A stretch of DNA of 64,000 nucleotides from an uncultured Verrucomicrobiae bacterium (GCA_963801815.1 CAWDGJ010000006.1:32001-96000), one strand, 5' to 3'; shown: positions 1-10,285, counted from the first letter of the stretch. Notes: generated by a model from the sequence alone, not told the origin. Numbers and translations: made by a program.

Positions 1-2
1 TG

Positions 3-863
3 TATTTAGGTTTGAATGTCGGCGGCAGTTGGAACCAATTCGATATAGGCGACCACCGCACCGATGTCGATTTGGCACAGCAATTCTACGAGCTCCTCGG
101 TGACACGGAAGAGGAATCGATTTTCACAACATTTCACACAACCGGCCATGAGGACACCCAGAGCCAAGTTATCGGCGGTATGCAGGCTGGCGTGAATTTT
201 CAGTTCGGACACTTCGTATTTGGCGGCGAGGGCAGCTTCATTGGGAATGTCAGTCAATCCACGAAGAGGAATGAAGAATTCCAGGAGAATGAAATCTTCC
301 TGATCACTGAACAGGAATTCGTGACCGCCGAGACCTTGTTTCACGACGTGCGCACTGCGGAAATGCTCTGGAACGGTTTTGTCGGCGGCCGCCTTGGTTA
401 TTGCTGGAACCGGTTCCTTTTTTACGGAACCGGCGGCGCTTCCTTTGCGCGCGTGGATGTCGATTCTACGCAGAGAGCAGACACCGCGTTTTTTGGATTC
501 ATCGGCGACGGCACAGCGGCAGCGCTGGCGGCGCATACTAAGACCCGTGACGTCGCAAACCAGCACGCTGTAAGTCCGCAGCAAGGTTCCTTCCTCGGCG
601 AGATTGTTAACAGCAAGAATCGTTCGGAAAGCGACCTGATGACCGGTTATTACGGTGGCGTGGGCACGGAGTACAAACTCACTAACAACGTCAGCGTTGG
701 CGTGGAGTATCGCCATGTCGATTGGGGCAATAACACCGCTAACTTAGCGCCGGGACCAAATAACGGACCGGTGTTTCCGGGCGATTTCGATCTCGGTCTG
801 ACCGGCGACCAGGTGGTGTTCAAGGTGAACATCATGGTCGCGCATTTCAATCCGTTCCATTAG
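3..863 (+). CDS. Outer-membrane beta-barrel protein (Omp25/RopB-like porin family), 5' end outside window
   Basis: Frame is open from the window edge (YLGLNVGG...). Amphipathic strand motifs GGMQAGVNFQFG, GGRLGY, LFYGTGG, GGVGTEY, VGVEYRH; ends near an aromatic residue. Confidence 0.75.
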   Translation, partial: YLGLNVGGSWNQFDIGDHRTDVDLAQQFYELLGDTEEESIFTTFHTTGHEDTQSQVIGGMQAGVNFQFGHFVFGGEGSFIGNVSQSTKRNEEFQENEIFLITEQEFVTAETLFHDVRTAEMLWNGFVGGRLGYCWNRFLFYGTGGASFARVDVDSTQRADTAFFGFIGDGTAAALAAHTKTRDVANQHAVSPQQGSFLGEIVNSKNRSESDLMTGYYGGVGTEYKLTNNVSVGVEYRHVDWGNNTANLAPGPNNGPVFPGDFDLGLTGDQVVFKVNIMVAHFNPFH

Positions 864-926
864 GAGCGGAGCGTCCGGACGAGCGTCTCGCTTACCACAG
901 CGCGGATCGCGTGCTAGATTTTCGGC

Positions 927-1499
927 GTGCAAAGCACGGCCGCGATTCTTCTGCGCAAACGCAAGTTTAGCGATACCAGCCTGATTGTTTCATGGTGCAC
1001 CGAATCGTTAGGCTGCATTCAAACTATGGCCAAAGGCGCCCGCCGGGCCAAGACGCCTTTCGCAGGCAAGCTCGATCTCTTCTTTGAATCGGAGATCTCG
1101 GTTGTGCCGAGTCGCAAATCGACCCTGCACACGTTGACGGAAGTTGTGGTCACGAACCCGTTCGCCGGGATCCGTCAAAATTATCTGCGCACGCAGGCCG
1201 CGGCCTATTTCGTAGAGTTGATCGAGATTTGCACCGAGCGAGATCATCACGACCCCGAGCTATACTTGCTCTTACGGCGCGCGTTCGGTTATCTCGACCA
1301 GAATAATCCTAACCTGCGCGCGATTTCGCATTTCGAAACGGAGTTATCCCGCATTGCCGGTGTCCACGATACAAGAAAATTGAGCGCTGATCCTGCGTTC
1401 GCGCTCGGCAATCTGTTCGGAAGATTGCCGCTTTCGCGCACACCGCTCTTGAAAACGCTCGCATCCGAGACGAAAACCAAGGCAAAGGAGTTGGCATGA
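927..1499 (+). CDS. recO: DNA repair protein RecO
   Basis: N-terminal OB-fold motifs AILLRKRKFSDTSLIV and AKGARR...FAGKLDLF; GTG start. Confidence 0.9.
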   Translation: MQSTAAILLRKRKFSDTSLIVSWCTESLGCIQTMAKGARRAKTPFAGKLDLFFESEISVVPSRKSTLHTLTEVVVTNPFAGIRQNYLRTQAAAYFVELIEICTERDHHDPELYLLLRRAFGYLDQNNPNLRAISHFETELSRIAGVHDTRKLSADPAFALGNLFGRLPLSRTPLLKTLASETKTKAKELA

Positions 1500-2074
1500 A
1501 ATCACGAATTGTTGCAGGGGCGATCCTGCTGATGGCGGTCCACGGGTCGGCGTTTGCGAATGAAATCTACAAATTCGATCAATCGCGTTCCAAAATTGGA
1601 TTTTCCGTTCATCAATTCCTTGGTACAACCAACGGCAAATTCACCAAATTTGACGGCAAGATCGAAATCGACCGCGAACATCCGGAGAACTCGTCGGTAA
1701 CGGCGCGGATCGACATCCGTAGCATCGATACCGGGATCGTTAAACGCGACAATCATTTGCGAAGCGCCGAATTTTTCAACGTCGAGAAATATCCGCTGGT
1801 CGCTTTCAAGAGCCGCAGCGTCAAACAGACTGGCGCACAGGCGGGCGATATTGTGGGAGATCTCACCATGCACGGCGTGACGAAGCCAATTACTCTGCAC
1901 GTCAAACTATTGACGTCACCTGGCGACGCCAAACAAACTCGCTGGTCGGTGACGACCGATCCGCTGATGCGGCGTGATTTTAATTTAATGTTTTCGCAGG
2001 CCGCCGAAACAATGTCGGGAATCAGCCAGACCGTCGCGATCGACATCGAGATCGAAGCGACCCAAGGGCAGTGA
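1496..2074 (+). CDS. YceI family periplasmic lipid/polyisoprenoid-binding protein
   Basis: Signal peptide; SIDTG..KRDNHLRSAEFF and GDLTMHGVTKPI motifs; 4-nt overlap with recO. Confidence 0.9.
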   Translation: MKSRIVAGAILLMAVHGSAFANEIYKFDQSRSKIGFSVHQFLGTTNGKFTKFDGKIEIDREHPENSSVTARIDIRSIDTGIVKRDNHLRSAEFFNVEKYPLVAFKSRSVKQTGAQAGDIVGDLTMHGVTKPITLHVKLLTSPGDAKQTRWSVTTDPLMRRDFNLMFSQAAETMSGISQTVAIDIEIEATQGQ

Positions 2075-2075
2075 A

Positions 2076-2318
2076 ATGCTGATGATTCCGATTCTGACCT
2101 GGCTGGGGATCAGTTGTTGGGGGGTTTGCTTCTGGTGGATGCATCGCATTTCTTTCCGACAGGACGCGATGCTGAAAGAACTTCATGAAATGACTCAACG
2201 AATCGAACGACTTTCAGAAGCTGAACATGATTTGATTCGCGACGTCCATCCACAGGTTGGCGAAATCAAAGAACATGTGGAGACGGTCAAAGAGATCGTT
2301 TCACCAGGTAAAGGCTAG
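2076..2318 (+). CDS. Small hypothetical membrane-anchored protein
   Basis: One N-terminal TM helix followed by a coiled-coil-like segment; fits between yceI and pxpB. Confidence 0.7.
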   Translation: MLMIPILTWLGISCWGVCFWWMHRISFRQDAMLKELHEMTQRIERLSEAEHDLIRDVHPQVGEIKEHVETVKEIVSPGKG

Positions 2319-2332
2319 GTTCGCAATTTTTC

Positions 2333-3046
2333 ATGGAAGTTACGCCGCTTGGAGATTCCGCGGTGCTCGTTCGTGTCGCGGAAGATTTCTACAACGAGCC
2401 TGAGCGCGCACTGGAACAAGTTTTGGCGGCGCAACGTCGCCTCACAGCCGCGAAGATTCCCGGGATAATCGGGCTAGTCCCGGCCTACACAACGATTGCA
2501 CTTTTTTACGATCCGCCAGCTGTCATGGAGGCCGGGGCGACTACCGACAATGTCTTTGGCTGGCTTGATCAACGCATTCGCGACGCGCTTTCGAAACGAG
2601 AAGAAACGAGTGCTCAACCGGTCCAATCATCCGTGATTGAGATTCCGGTTTGTTACGACAAAGAGTTTGCGTTCGATCTCGACGATGTCGCGCGACGCGC
2701 CACCCTCAGTCCGGACGAAGTGATCGCGGTCCATTCTGGGGCCGAATACCGCGTTCATTGTATCGGATTCACTGGCGGATTCCCATTTCTTGGCGGTTTA
2801 CCGCGCGAGCTCGCCACGCCGCGTCGAGAAAGCCCGCGCAAGGAAATTCCTGTTGGCTCGGTTGGCATCGGCGGAAAACAAACTGGGATTTATCCGATTA
2901 AATCGCCCGGCGGCTGGAACATTATAGGCCGCACGCCCTTGCAATTGTTCGATCCGGGAAAAAATCCGCCGGCGCTCTTGCGCGTCGGCGATCGCGTCCG
3001 GCTCCGTGCCATTAGTCGCGACGAATTTGAAAGATCGATATCGTGA
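2333..3046 (+). CDS. pxpB: 5-oxoprolinase subunit B (KipI/AHS1 family)
   Basis: PLGDSA, IPVCY, GFTGGFPFLGGL, GSVGIGGKQTGIYP..SPGGWNIIGRTP motifs. Confidence 0.92.
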   Translation: MEVTPLGDSAVLVRVAEDFYNEPERALEQVLAAQRRLTAAKIPGIIGLVPAYTTIALFYDPPAVMEAGATTDNVFGWLDQRIRDALSKREETSAQPVQSSVIEIPVCYDKEFAFDLDDVARRATLSPDEVIAVHSGAEYRVHCIGFTGGFPFLGGLPRELATPRRESPRKEIPVGSVGIGGKQTGIYPIKSPGGWNIIGRTPLQLFDPGKNPPALLRVGDRVRLRAISRDEFERSIS

Positions 3047-4029
3047 AAGCGACGGCGATTCGCGCGGGTTTTTTAACGAGCGTCCAGGATTCCGGGCGCG
3101 CAGGTCTTCGCGAATTTGGCGTCTCGTCGGGCGGCGCACTCGACCCGCACGCATTGCGCGTGGCAAATCTATTGGTTGGTAATGAAGAATCAGCCGCTGG
3201 TCTGGAAATCACATTTGGCGGAATGCGACTGCGGTTCGTCGACGATCGGATTGTCGCGTGGTGTGGCGGCGATTTTGACGGGCGCGTTGGTTTGAATGCT
3301 CTCCCTTCCGGTCATCCCGCTTTAGTACAGGCCGGCGAAGATTTTTCCATAGAATCGCCGACAATCGGCTGCCGGGCATGGCTCGCCGTGTCTGGCGGAA
3401 TCGACGTGCCGATCGTTCTCGGGAGCCGCTCGGCGGATCTGAAAGCTGGATTCGGTGGATTGAGCGGCCGGCCGGCGCGCGACGGGGACCAGTTCCCTCT
3501 CGGCGAAAATTCGGAAAAGGCACGAAAACTCATCGAAAAGCTGCGCGGCGGAAAAATCGCATCCTGGAAACCGCCGCACGATTGGTCAAGCACAGCTCGC
3601 CGTAAACCTGTATTGCGCTTCATCCGCGGCGTGGACTCGGGGCGCTGCGTTCCCGCAGCGCTGAAGATCTTCGGGAGTGAAAGCTTTTTTGTCTCACCGG
3701 ATTCGGATCGAATGGGGGTTCGGCTCGAAGGTCCGAGCCTTGAACGGAGTGACGAGGTCGATCTACTTTCGGAAGCGGTCGCACCGGGTACGATCCAGGT
3801 GCCGCCTAATGGCAAACCGATTCTATTGCTGAATGATTGCCAGACTATTGGTGGCTATCCGAAACTCGCGCACGTGATCACTGTCGATCTTCCAGTCGCG
3901 GCGCAATTGAGGCCGGCCGACGTTGTCCGATTCAGCGAAGTCTCGCTCGCGGACGCGCATCGTGCATTGGCAGGACGGGAGCGAGACCTGGAACAGTTTC
4001 GTTGCGGAATCGAATCGCACTTTCAATGA
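3043..4029 (+). CDS. pxpC: 5-oxoprolinase subunit C (KipA/AHS2 family)
   Basis: VQDSGR..GALD..ANLLVGN, SDRMG, GTIQVPPNG.PI, DCQTIGGYPK motifs; overlaps pxpB. Confidence 0.92.
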   Translation: MKATAIRAGFLTSVQDSGRAGLREFGVSSGGALDPHALRVANLLVGNEESAAGLEITFGGMRLRFVDDRIVAWCGGDFDGRVGLNALPSGHPALVQAGEDFSIESPTIGCRAWLAVSGGIDVPIVLGSRSADLKAGFGGLSGRPARDGDQFPLGENSEKARKLIEKLRGGKIASWKPPHDWSSTARRKPVLRFIRGVDSGRCVPAALKIFGSESFFVSPDSDRMGVRLEGPSLERSDEVDLLSEAVAPGTIQVPPNGKPILLLNDCQTIGGYPKLAHVITVDLPVAAQLRPADVVRFSEVSLADAHRALAGRERDLEQFRCGIESHFQ

Positions 4030-4784
4030 GCTTGGTTGTCGATCTTAACGCCGACTTGGGCGAAGGCGCCGGTCACGACGTCGAGCTGCTGGCGCTGGTG
4101 ACATCCGCCAACATTGCTTGTGGATTTCATGCCGGGGATGCCGATACAATCCGCGCATCGATCGAAGCCGCGCGCTCTCGCAATGTCGCGGTTGGTGCGC
4201 ATCCAAGTCTTTTCGATCGAGAAAATTTTGGGCGTAAGGAATTGCCGGTAAAACCGGCCGAGGTTTTTGACGCAGTCGTTTATCAGCTGGGAATTTTTGC
4301 GGCAATCGCCGAGGCCGCGGGCGTTCGCCCGAACCACGTCAAGCCTCATGGAGCGCTTTACAACATGGCGGCGCGCGATATCGAGCTTGCGGACGCAATC
4401 GCGCGCGCGGTCGCGAGGGTGGACGCCACACTGATTTTCTTTGCGCCGGTAAACAGCGCGCTTGCGCGAGCGGGCGAAACGCACGGACTTCAGATTGCGC
4501 ACGAAGTTTTCGCCGACCGCAACTATTGCCAAGATGGATCGCTGGTTTCCCGTTCGCGGCCGGACGCCTTACTCCACGATCCTGCTGAGACTGCGCCGCG
4601 GGTCTTGCGAATGTTGCGCGAAGGCAAAGTTACGTCGGTCGATGGAGTGGATGTCGCTGTTCGCGCGGAGACAATTTGTTTGCACGGCGACAATCCCGAA
4701 GCGGTCGAGTTCGCGCGCGCCTTGCGGTCGCGTCTGGAGACAGAAGGCGTCACTTTTCGGCCGCCGCGATTTGTTAAGAAGTGA
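4026..4784 (+). CDS. pxpA: 5-oxoprolinase subunit A (LamB/YcsF family)
   Basis: DLNADLGEG, SANIACGFHAGD, HVKPHGALYN, EVFADRNY, TICLHGD; start moved to the ATG at 4026 that overlaps the pxpC stop. Confidence 0.93.
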   Translation: MSLVVDLNADLGEGAGHDVELLALVTSANIACGFHAGDADTIRASIEAARSRNVAVGAHPSLFDRENFGRKELPVKPAEVFDAVVYQLGIFAAIAEAAGVRPNHVKPHGALYNMAARDIELADAIARAVARVDATLIFFAPVNSALARAGETHGLQIAHEVFADRNYCQDGSLVSRSRPDALLHDPAETAPRVLRMLREGKVTSVDGVDVAVRAETICLHGDNPEAVEFARALRSRLETEGVTFRPPRFVKK

Positions 4785-6277
4785 GCGGCGAACGATCACA
4801 ATCCGGTTTGGTGCGCGCACTTGGGCCGGTCGACGCCACAATGATTGTGGTTGGCTCGATGATCGGCTCGGGAATCTTTATCACTTCGGCCGAGTCGGCG
4901 CGTTTGAGCGGCGGGCCCGGCTGGCTCCTGCTCGCGTGGACGATTGCCGGCTTGCTGACAATTACCGGAGCGCTGTGTTGTTCGGAGCTGGCAACCATGA
5001 TGCCTCGCGCGGGCGGCGTTTATGTATTCTTCCGCGAAGCCTACGGTCCGGCGATGGGCTTTTTGTACGGCTGGACGTTGTTTCTGGTTATTCAAACCGG
5101 AACGATCGCGGCGGTGGCGATCGCCTTTGCCAAATTTCTCGGCGTGTTCGTGCCGTCGATCTCGCCCGACAATTACCTGCTTACCGACAAACCGATTTCT
5201 TTAGGCGGTGGCTACGCGATCAGTTTGTCGACTCAGCAGCTCGCGGCGATTGGGTTGATCGGACTTTTGACCTGGACAAATACGCGCGGCCTGAAGCTGG
5301 GCACATTGGTGCAAAACGTATTTACATTCGCGAAGACCGCGGCGCTAATCGGCCTGGTCGTTCTGGGAATTTTTCTTGGTTGGAGTGCGACCAGCGCCGC
5401 GCGGACGTCGGCGTGGTGGGATTCGTGGGCCAATGGTTGGAATCCTCAACTGGTGCAACCCGGCCTCACTTTAACTGGCGGACTCGCGCTTGTATTGCTC
5501 TTTGGAAAATCGATGGTTGGGCCGCTATTCGCCCAGACTGCCTGGACAAATGTCACATTTCTCGGCAGCGAAGTGCGCGATCCCGGCCGCAATCTTGTCC
5601 GCGCGTTGCTGATTGGTTCTGGAATTGTCGTGATTCTCTACGTCTTGGCGAACTTTTCTTACCTCGCGCTGCTGTCGTTTTCAGAAATCCAACACGCTCC
5701 ACAGGATCGTGTTGCCGTCGCCGCAATGAAAACTGCGTTCGGAAATCCCGGCGCGATGTGCATGGCTGCGGCGATCTTGATTTCGACCTTTGGTTGCAAT
5801 AACGGACTGATCCTCGCCGGGGCGCGCGTCTATTTTGCGATGGCACGCGATCGTTTGTTTTTCCGAAGAGTTGCGACAACGAATCGGTATCACGTTCCCG
5901 CGATGGCACTCATCGCGCAGGGCATTTGGACGGCGCTTCTCACTTTACCGAGAACCGTGACCGCGAACGCCGTGACGCAAAAAGTCTCTTACGGAAACAT
6001 CTACACTCAGCTGCTGGAATACATCGTCTCGGCCGATCTGGTTTTTTACGTCTTGATGGTCGCCGCGGTAATGGTCTTGCGCCGAACAACACCGGATGCA
6101 GATCGCCCATATCGTACCTGGGGATATCCAGTCGTGGCGATTACCTCAATGCTCTTGGCGGCGTTGCTAACTATCGATCTTGCGTTCCTCGCCCCGGGGA
6201 CATCCGGAATCGGAATCCTAATCGTGCTGAGTGGCGTGCCGATTTATTTCTTGTGGCGCAGGGCGGCGTCGATTTGA
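4781..6277 (+). CDS. APC-family amino acid permease
   Basis: VVGSMIGSGIF, ELATMMPRAGGVY, ARVYFAMARD, RPYRTWGYP; about 12 TM segments; coupled to pxpA. Confidence 0.92.
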   Translation: MSGERSQSGLVRALGPVDATMIVVGSMIGSGIFITSAESARLSGGPGWLLLAWTIAGLLTITGALCCSELATMMPRAGGVYVFFREAYGPAMGFLYGWTLFLVIQTGTIAAVAIAFAKFLGVFVPSISPDNYLLTDKPISLGGGYAISLSTQQLAAIGLIGLLTWTNTRGLKLGTLVQNVFTFAKTAALIGLVVLGIFLGWSATSAARTSAWWDSWANGWNPQLVQPGLTLTGGLALVLLFGKSMVGPLFAQTAWTNVTFLGSEVRDPGRNLVRALLIGSGIVVILYVLANFSYLALLSFSEIQHAPQDRVAVAAMKTAFGNPGAMCMAAAILISTFGCNNGLILAGARVYFAMARDRLFFRRVATTNRYHVPAMALIAQGIWTALLTLPRTVTANAVTQKVSYGNIYTQLLEYIVSADLVFYVLMVAAVMVLRRTTPDADRPYRTWGYPVVAITSMLLAALLTIDLAFLAPGTSGIGILIVLSGVPIYFLWRRAASI

Positions 6278-6316
6278 CGAATCCATTTCAGAACGCAGGC
6301 GCGAAATAATATTGTC

Positions 6317-6508
6317 ATGCCTGCAAGATCAAAGAAGCAACAAATGGCGGCCGGTGCAGCACTGGCCGCGAAACGTGGGCGGCGCTCGAAGTCTTCACTC
6401 CGCGGCGCATCGCGCCAAATGTACAAGTCCATGAGCCGGAAAGAACTTCGTCGGGTCGCTAAGACAAAGCGCAAAGGTCTGCCGACCCGGAAGCGCAAAC
6501 GAAAATAA
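6317..6508 (+). CDS. Small basic DUF3008 family protein
   Basis: MPARSKKQQMAAGAALAAKRG...LRGASRQMYKSMS..EL...A.TKRKGLP resembles the DUF3008 pattern. Confidence 0.8.
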   Translation: MPARSKKQQMAAGAALAAKRGRRSKSSLRGASRQMYKSMSRKELRRVAKTKRKGLPTRKRKRK

Positions 6509-6519
6509 GTCGCGGGGAT

Positions 6520-8010
6520 TTATTGAATCGCCGGCCGATGGAAGAAATTATATCGGCTGGAAAATGCCGGTGCGTTCATCGATAATTGCCAGCTCCCGGC
6601 AAGCAATACGATCGCGCCGAGCAAAACCCATCGCGCCCACTCTCGCTTCGTCCAGCTGGCGATTTGCTCGATTGCGTAGGCGAACAACAGAAAAAACGGA
6701 ACAGCGGCGCCGTTCAACAAACGGCCGGAAGTGAAGTAGGGATGAGGGCGAGATGGATAAACGCACTGACCGAAATCGTACCGGATTGATAGCAAGACCA
6801 AAAAGCCGATCAACGATAAGAAACTCAAGAGCGCAAACCAAAGGCTGCTTTTCGAATCGATTCGCCGGCGTGTGACCAGGCTATAAATTGCGATACCCAG
6901 GACGATCGTTGATGCAGTCCAGTAAAATGCGTCGCTCCACCAGCTCGCCATCCGTTCGTGGTGCCAGATGAATTCGCCGCGCCAGAAACTCGCAATCAAT
7001 TCAGGCCAAAATTCCTTTAGACCCTGTAAGCTGAAAATCGGATGTGACCACCAAGCGACAAATGGTTTCGCCGTCCAACCTAAAATCTGGATCTTGGATT
7101 TGGTCGCGGTAAGGTCACCGAAGTGTTTTTGATTCCACGCGAACCAGATAGCGAGCGGCACTCCAATGGAAACGGCGAAAGCCCCGACAATCGACAATCC
7201 GCCTTGTGCCGTTTTCTGACGGATGAGCTGGGCGGCTTTGTAAATCACAGCGGCAGCGACCACGGGGAGTAGCGGGAGATTCGCGGTTTTGACCAGACAT
7301 GTTGCGGCGAGCGCCAGACCGAGCCAAATCGCGAGCGCAATCGATGGCCGTTCCGATCGCAGCATCTTCGCAAGCGCAATGAACGCGATCGCGAAAAGCA
7401 CAGGCGACAACGAATCGCCCTGAACCGAGTAAAAGGAAGTCTGCGGCCAGATCGACAGCAGCATCGCCGTCGCGGGGGCGGCAAACTCGCTGTTCGGAAA
7501 AATAACTCGCGCTGCGGTGTATCCGAGCCAGACCAACAAAGTCGCGAAGACAACGTTTAGGAAACGAATCCAATAAAGCAAAGGCAAACCGCGCAAACCG
7601 AAGGCGGCTCCAAGGTTAAGCCACTGTCCGGCAGCCGCGTAGTAAAGAGGCGGTTCGCCCGATTCATGATTTGGTCGCGCCTGCCACATCTGACTCGCTG
7701 CTTCGAGCACCTGCTCGCGTTCCTCTGCCGGCAAAGTCCAAACGGGTGGGCCGTAAGGTTCCTTATTTGGATCGAGGAAATATTCCGGCGAGCTATAGTA
7801 AACGAAATAACGGGCAGATTCAGCGGAATAGTTTTCGATACCGTGGGGCACTTTTCCGTGTGAGTATTTTAAGACCAGATCAACATGGGCTCGCTCGTCG
7901 ACATTGTTGAATAGCGGGAATCCGGCCGAGAAAATGAGAACGCGCGCTGCGGTTAGGATGCAACTAAGCGCCACGATTCGCGGCGCGAGGCGCGAGGGCG
8001 GCTCGTCCAT
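6520..8010 (-). CDS. GT-C-like integral membrane glycosyltransferase (DUF2142-like)
   Basis: FPLFNNVDERAH, EPPLYY and multiple TM helices; start placed at MDEPPS (8010) to avoid overlap with the upstream gene. Confidence 0.75.
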   Translation of the reverse strand: MDEPPSRLAPRIVALSCILTAARVLIFSAGFPLFNNVDERAHVDLVLKYSHGKVPHGIENYSAESARYFVYYSSPEYFLDPNKEPYGPPVWTLPAEEREQVLEAASQMWQARPNHESGEPPLYYAAAGQWLNLGAAFGLRGLPLLYWIRFLNVVFATLLVWLGYTAARVIFPNSEFAAPATAMLLSIWPQTSFYSVQGDSLSPVLFAIAFIALAKMLRSERPSIALAIWLGLALAATCLVKTANLPLLPVVAAAVIYKAAQLIRQKTAQGGLSIVGAFAVSIGVPLAIWFAWNQKHFGDLTATKSKIQILGWTAKPFVAWWSHPIFSLQGLKEFWPELIASFWRGEFIWHHERMASWWSDAFYWTASTIVLGIAIYSLVTRRRIDSKSSLWFALLSFLSLIGFLVLLSIRYDFGQCVYPSRPHPYFTSGRLLNGAAVPFFLLFAYAIEQIASWTKREWARWVLLGAIVLLAGSWQLSMNAPAFSSRYNFFHRPAIQ

Positions 8011-8042
8011 TGTCTTTGAAGAAGAGGTGAGTTCGGGTGGCC

Positions 8043-9569
8043 TTATTTTATTTTTCGGTAGATCAAAAATCGGGTGAGCTTTGTTGCTGTCCAATATTGG
8101 TAAACATCTGGCTCCGGAACGTTATCGAAGCGATCCGAGTCGTGCACGGATAACGTCACAGTCTCATAGTTTGATTTGATGGATTCAGGAACGGCAAGCT
8201 GTCGCTCGAGCAATCCGGACGCGCTTTGCGGCAGTATCCAATCCGGCAAAGCTTGAGGTGTAGCAATCCGCGCATCGATGACACCCAAGCCGGTGTAGAA
8301 GATCAGCGGGAATTCAGGATCCGGAACCCAGACGATCTCTCCAGCCTTGGCGTTACTGGAGAAAAAACTGAGCACATCGGAAAAGGCGTCCGTGTAAGTG
8401 TGGTTAAGGCTGGTAACAAATTCAACGATGGGAGCGCGCCAGTAATGTTGCTTATTTAAACCCAACGCAGTCACGATCGGTACGACATTCGTGGTCGTTT
8501 GAAGCGCGAGAACTGTGGCAATCGCAGCTTTAAACCGAACGTATCGAAACAACCATGCTGCAGTGAGCAAACAGCCGACCGGCAGCAGCGGCAGCAGATA
8601 TCGCAGTTCAGGCTCCAGCGCCAGAAGGGGGATGAAGTATCCGATCATCAGAATGCCGCACGCTTTTTCCAGTTTTAAAACACTGGCGTTGAGATCCGCG
8701 TGCTTGGCGGAACGTCGAACAAGGAGCGACGATAGCGGCAACAACAAGAATATCCACGGAATGAAGTGGAAATGCCATTCGCCAAAATAATAGAGGACGT
8801 TTGAGAGCAGGTTCTCGTGAGTGACCGCCTTGGCTTGCTGCCACGGTCGCGCATAGAGCAGCCATGGCAGGGCCGCGGCGGCGGTGAGTGCAACCACTGC
8901 CGCTAGCTTTTTCAGAACTTCGGCTTCTTTACGATTTAACCAGCTCAGCGCTAACAACAGGGGAAAATTCGCTATGACCAAAACAAAGTTCGTATAGAAT
9001 TGCAGGACCAGGGCAATGACCATTAACCATGGCGCGGTCTTTCGTTTTTCCAGCAACTCGAATGCGCCATACACCAACAGGATTTCAGCGGCTACCGTAA
9101 TCGAGTAATAGCGACATTGACGCGCGTGCAGCAAAAACACTTCGGAGGTCGCGATCAGCAACAGACTGGCGACTGCCACAAAATGTCCGCGATAAATTCG
9201 AAACGCAACCAAACCGAGCAGCGCCACACTAAGCCATGCGATTGCCGCGAATGGCGCGCGGCTTGACCAAGTGGATTCACCGAAGGCGAGAAACGACCCG
9301 GCGGTGAGGTATTCCTGTAACCAGGGTGCCCATGTCCAAACGTGCGCCGTATTTTCATCGCGATATCGGCCGAGCACGGTTATGTGGTTGAGTCCATCCA
9401 CTGTTTTTGGGATTCCGAAAAGCAGAACATTTCTTGTTAGCAACGCTGTTTCCGCCTCGTCTCCCCATAAAAGTTTGCGATCCAGATGGCGAAACAGAAG
9501 AAAGAAACTCAGCGCGAGAACAAGAATGTATTCGACCAGAATCAAACGCCGGGCTGACCACGCCGTCAT
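8043..9569 (-). CDS. GT39/ArnT-like membrane glycosyltransferase
   Basis: LWGDEAET, FGESTWSSRAP, HARQCRYY motifs; multi-TM. Confidence 0.8.
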   Translation of the reverse strand: MTAWSARRLILVEYILVLALSFFLLFRHLDRKLLWGDEAETALLTRNVLLFGIPKTVDGLNHITVLGRYRDENTAHVWTWAPWLQEYLTAGSFLAFGESTWSSRAPFAAIAWLSVALLGLVAFRIYRGHFVAVASLLLIATSEVFLLHARQCRYYSITVAAEILLVYGAFELLEKRKTAPWLMVIALVLQFYTNFVLVIANFPLLLALSWLNRKEAEVLKKLAAVVALTAAAALPWLLYARPWQQAKAVTHENLLSNVLYYFGEWHFHFIPWIFLLLPLSSLLVRRSAKHADLNASVLKLEKACGILMIGYFIPLLALEPELRYLLPLLPVGCLLTAAWLFRYVRFKAAIATVLALQTTTNVVPIVTALGLNKQHYWRAPIVEFVTSLNHTYTDAFSDVLSFFSSNAKAGEIVWVPDPEFPLIFYTGLGVIDARIATPQALPDWILPQSASGLLERQLAVPESIKSNYETVTLSVHDSDRFDNVPEPDVYQYWTATKLTRFLIYRKIK

Positions 9570-9588
9570 AAATGGGGCCGAAGTTTTT

Positions 9589-10224
9589 TCAGAATAAGTC
9601 CACTAGGACTATATCATTTCTGTGATCACCGGTTCTCTTGAGATGGAATCCGTCTTTCGCCGCGCCGTAGTTACTGGCGTGCTCGACCAGTCCGACGCCT
9701 TTCTTCCAAACAAACTTACTGTAATGCCCTGAATTGTGAGTCGTGACATAAGTGCACTCGTCGCCTTTGACTTCAATCTTCGTGGTGTAGGGGCCTTCCT
9801 CGAATTCCATCTTCCCGCTCGCGATTGCGCGGATGTCGCCTTGCTCGAATTCTGGCGGCTTGTCTGTTGCGGCTAATTTTTTCGCTGCGGCTTCATTGTC
9901 CTCTTCGTTCAAGAGGTAAATGTGATCGTCGGTTGCGATGAAATATTGTGGTTGGATCTCACGCTTTTGCTTGGCCCGCGATTTTAGGCCGATAAACCCG
10001 ATCTTGAAAACTGCGCCCCATGGCATGCTCACAATGCGCGTCGTGACCATGCACGCGGTGAGCGGAATGTCGCCATTGATGTATTCGTCATTCCATTCGG
10101 TGCCGCGAAAATTCGCCAACATCGGTTTGTCATCTTTCGCTTCGAGAAATGGATTCGCCGCGAAAGCCGACGTAGCCAGCAAGATCGACATCATCGGAAG
10201 CAAACCCCGAAGTGAAGTTCTCAT
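9589..10224 (-). CDS. Secreted hypothetical protein
   Basis: Signal peptide ending AFA; C-terminal WKKGVGLVE beta-hairpin motif. Confidence 0.75.
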   Translation of the reverse strand: MRTSLRGLLPMMSILLATSAFAANPFLEAKDDKPMLANFRGTEWNDEYINGDIPLTACMVTTRIVSMPWGAVFKIGFIGLKSRAKQKREIQPQYFIATDDHIYLLNEEDNEAAAKKLAATDKPPEFEQGDIRAIASGKMEFEEGPYTTKIEVKGDECTYVTTHNSGHYSKFVWKKGVGLVEHASNYGAAKDGFHLKRTGDHRNDIVLVDLF

Positions 10225-10285
10225 GCTCGAATGCTAACAGGAGTTGTCTTGACACTGCACGGAAGAAATTCTCAATCTGGATTTT

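Noticed and set aside
4462..5802. 446-aa alternate-frame ORF
   Set aside because: Overlaps pxpA and the permease in another frame; Arg-rich shadow ORF with no motifs.
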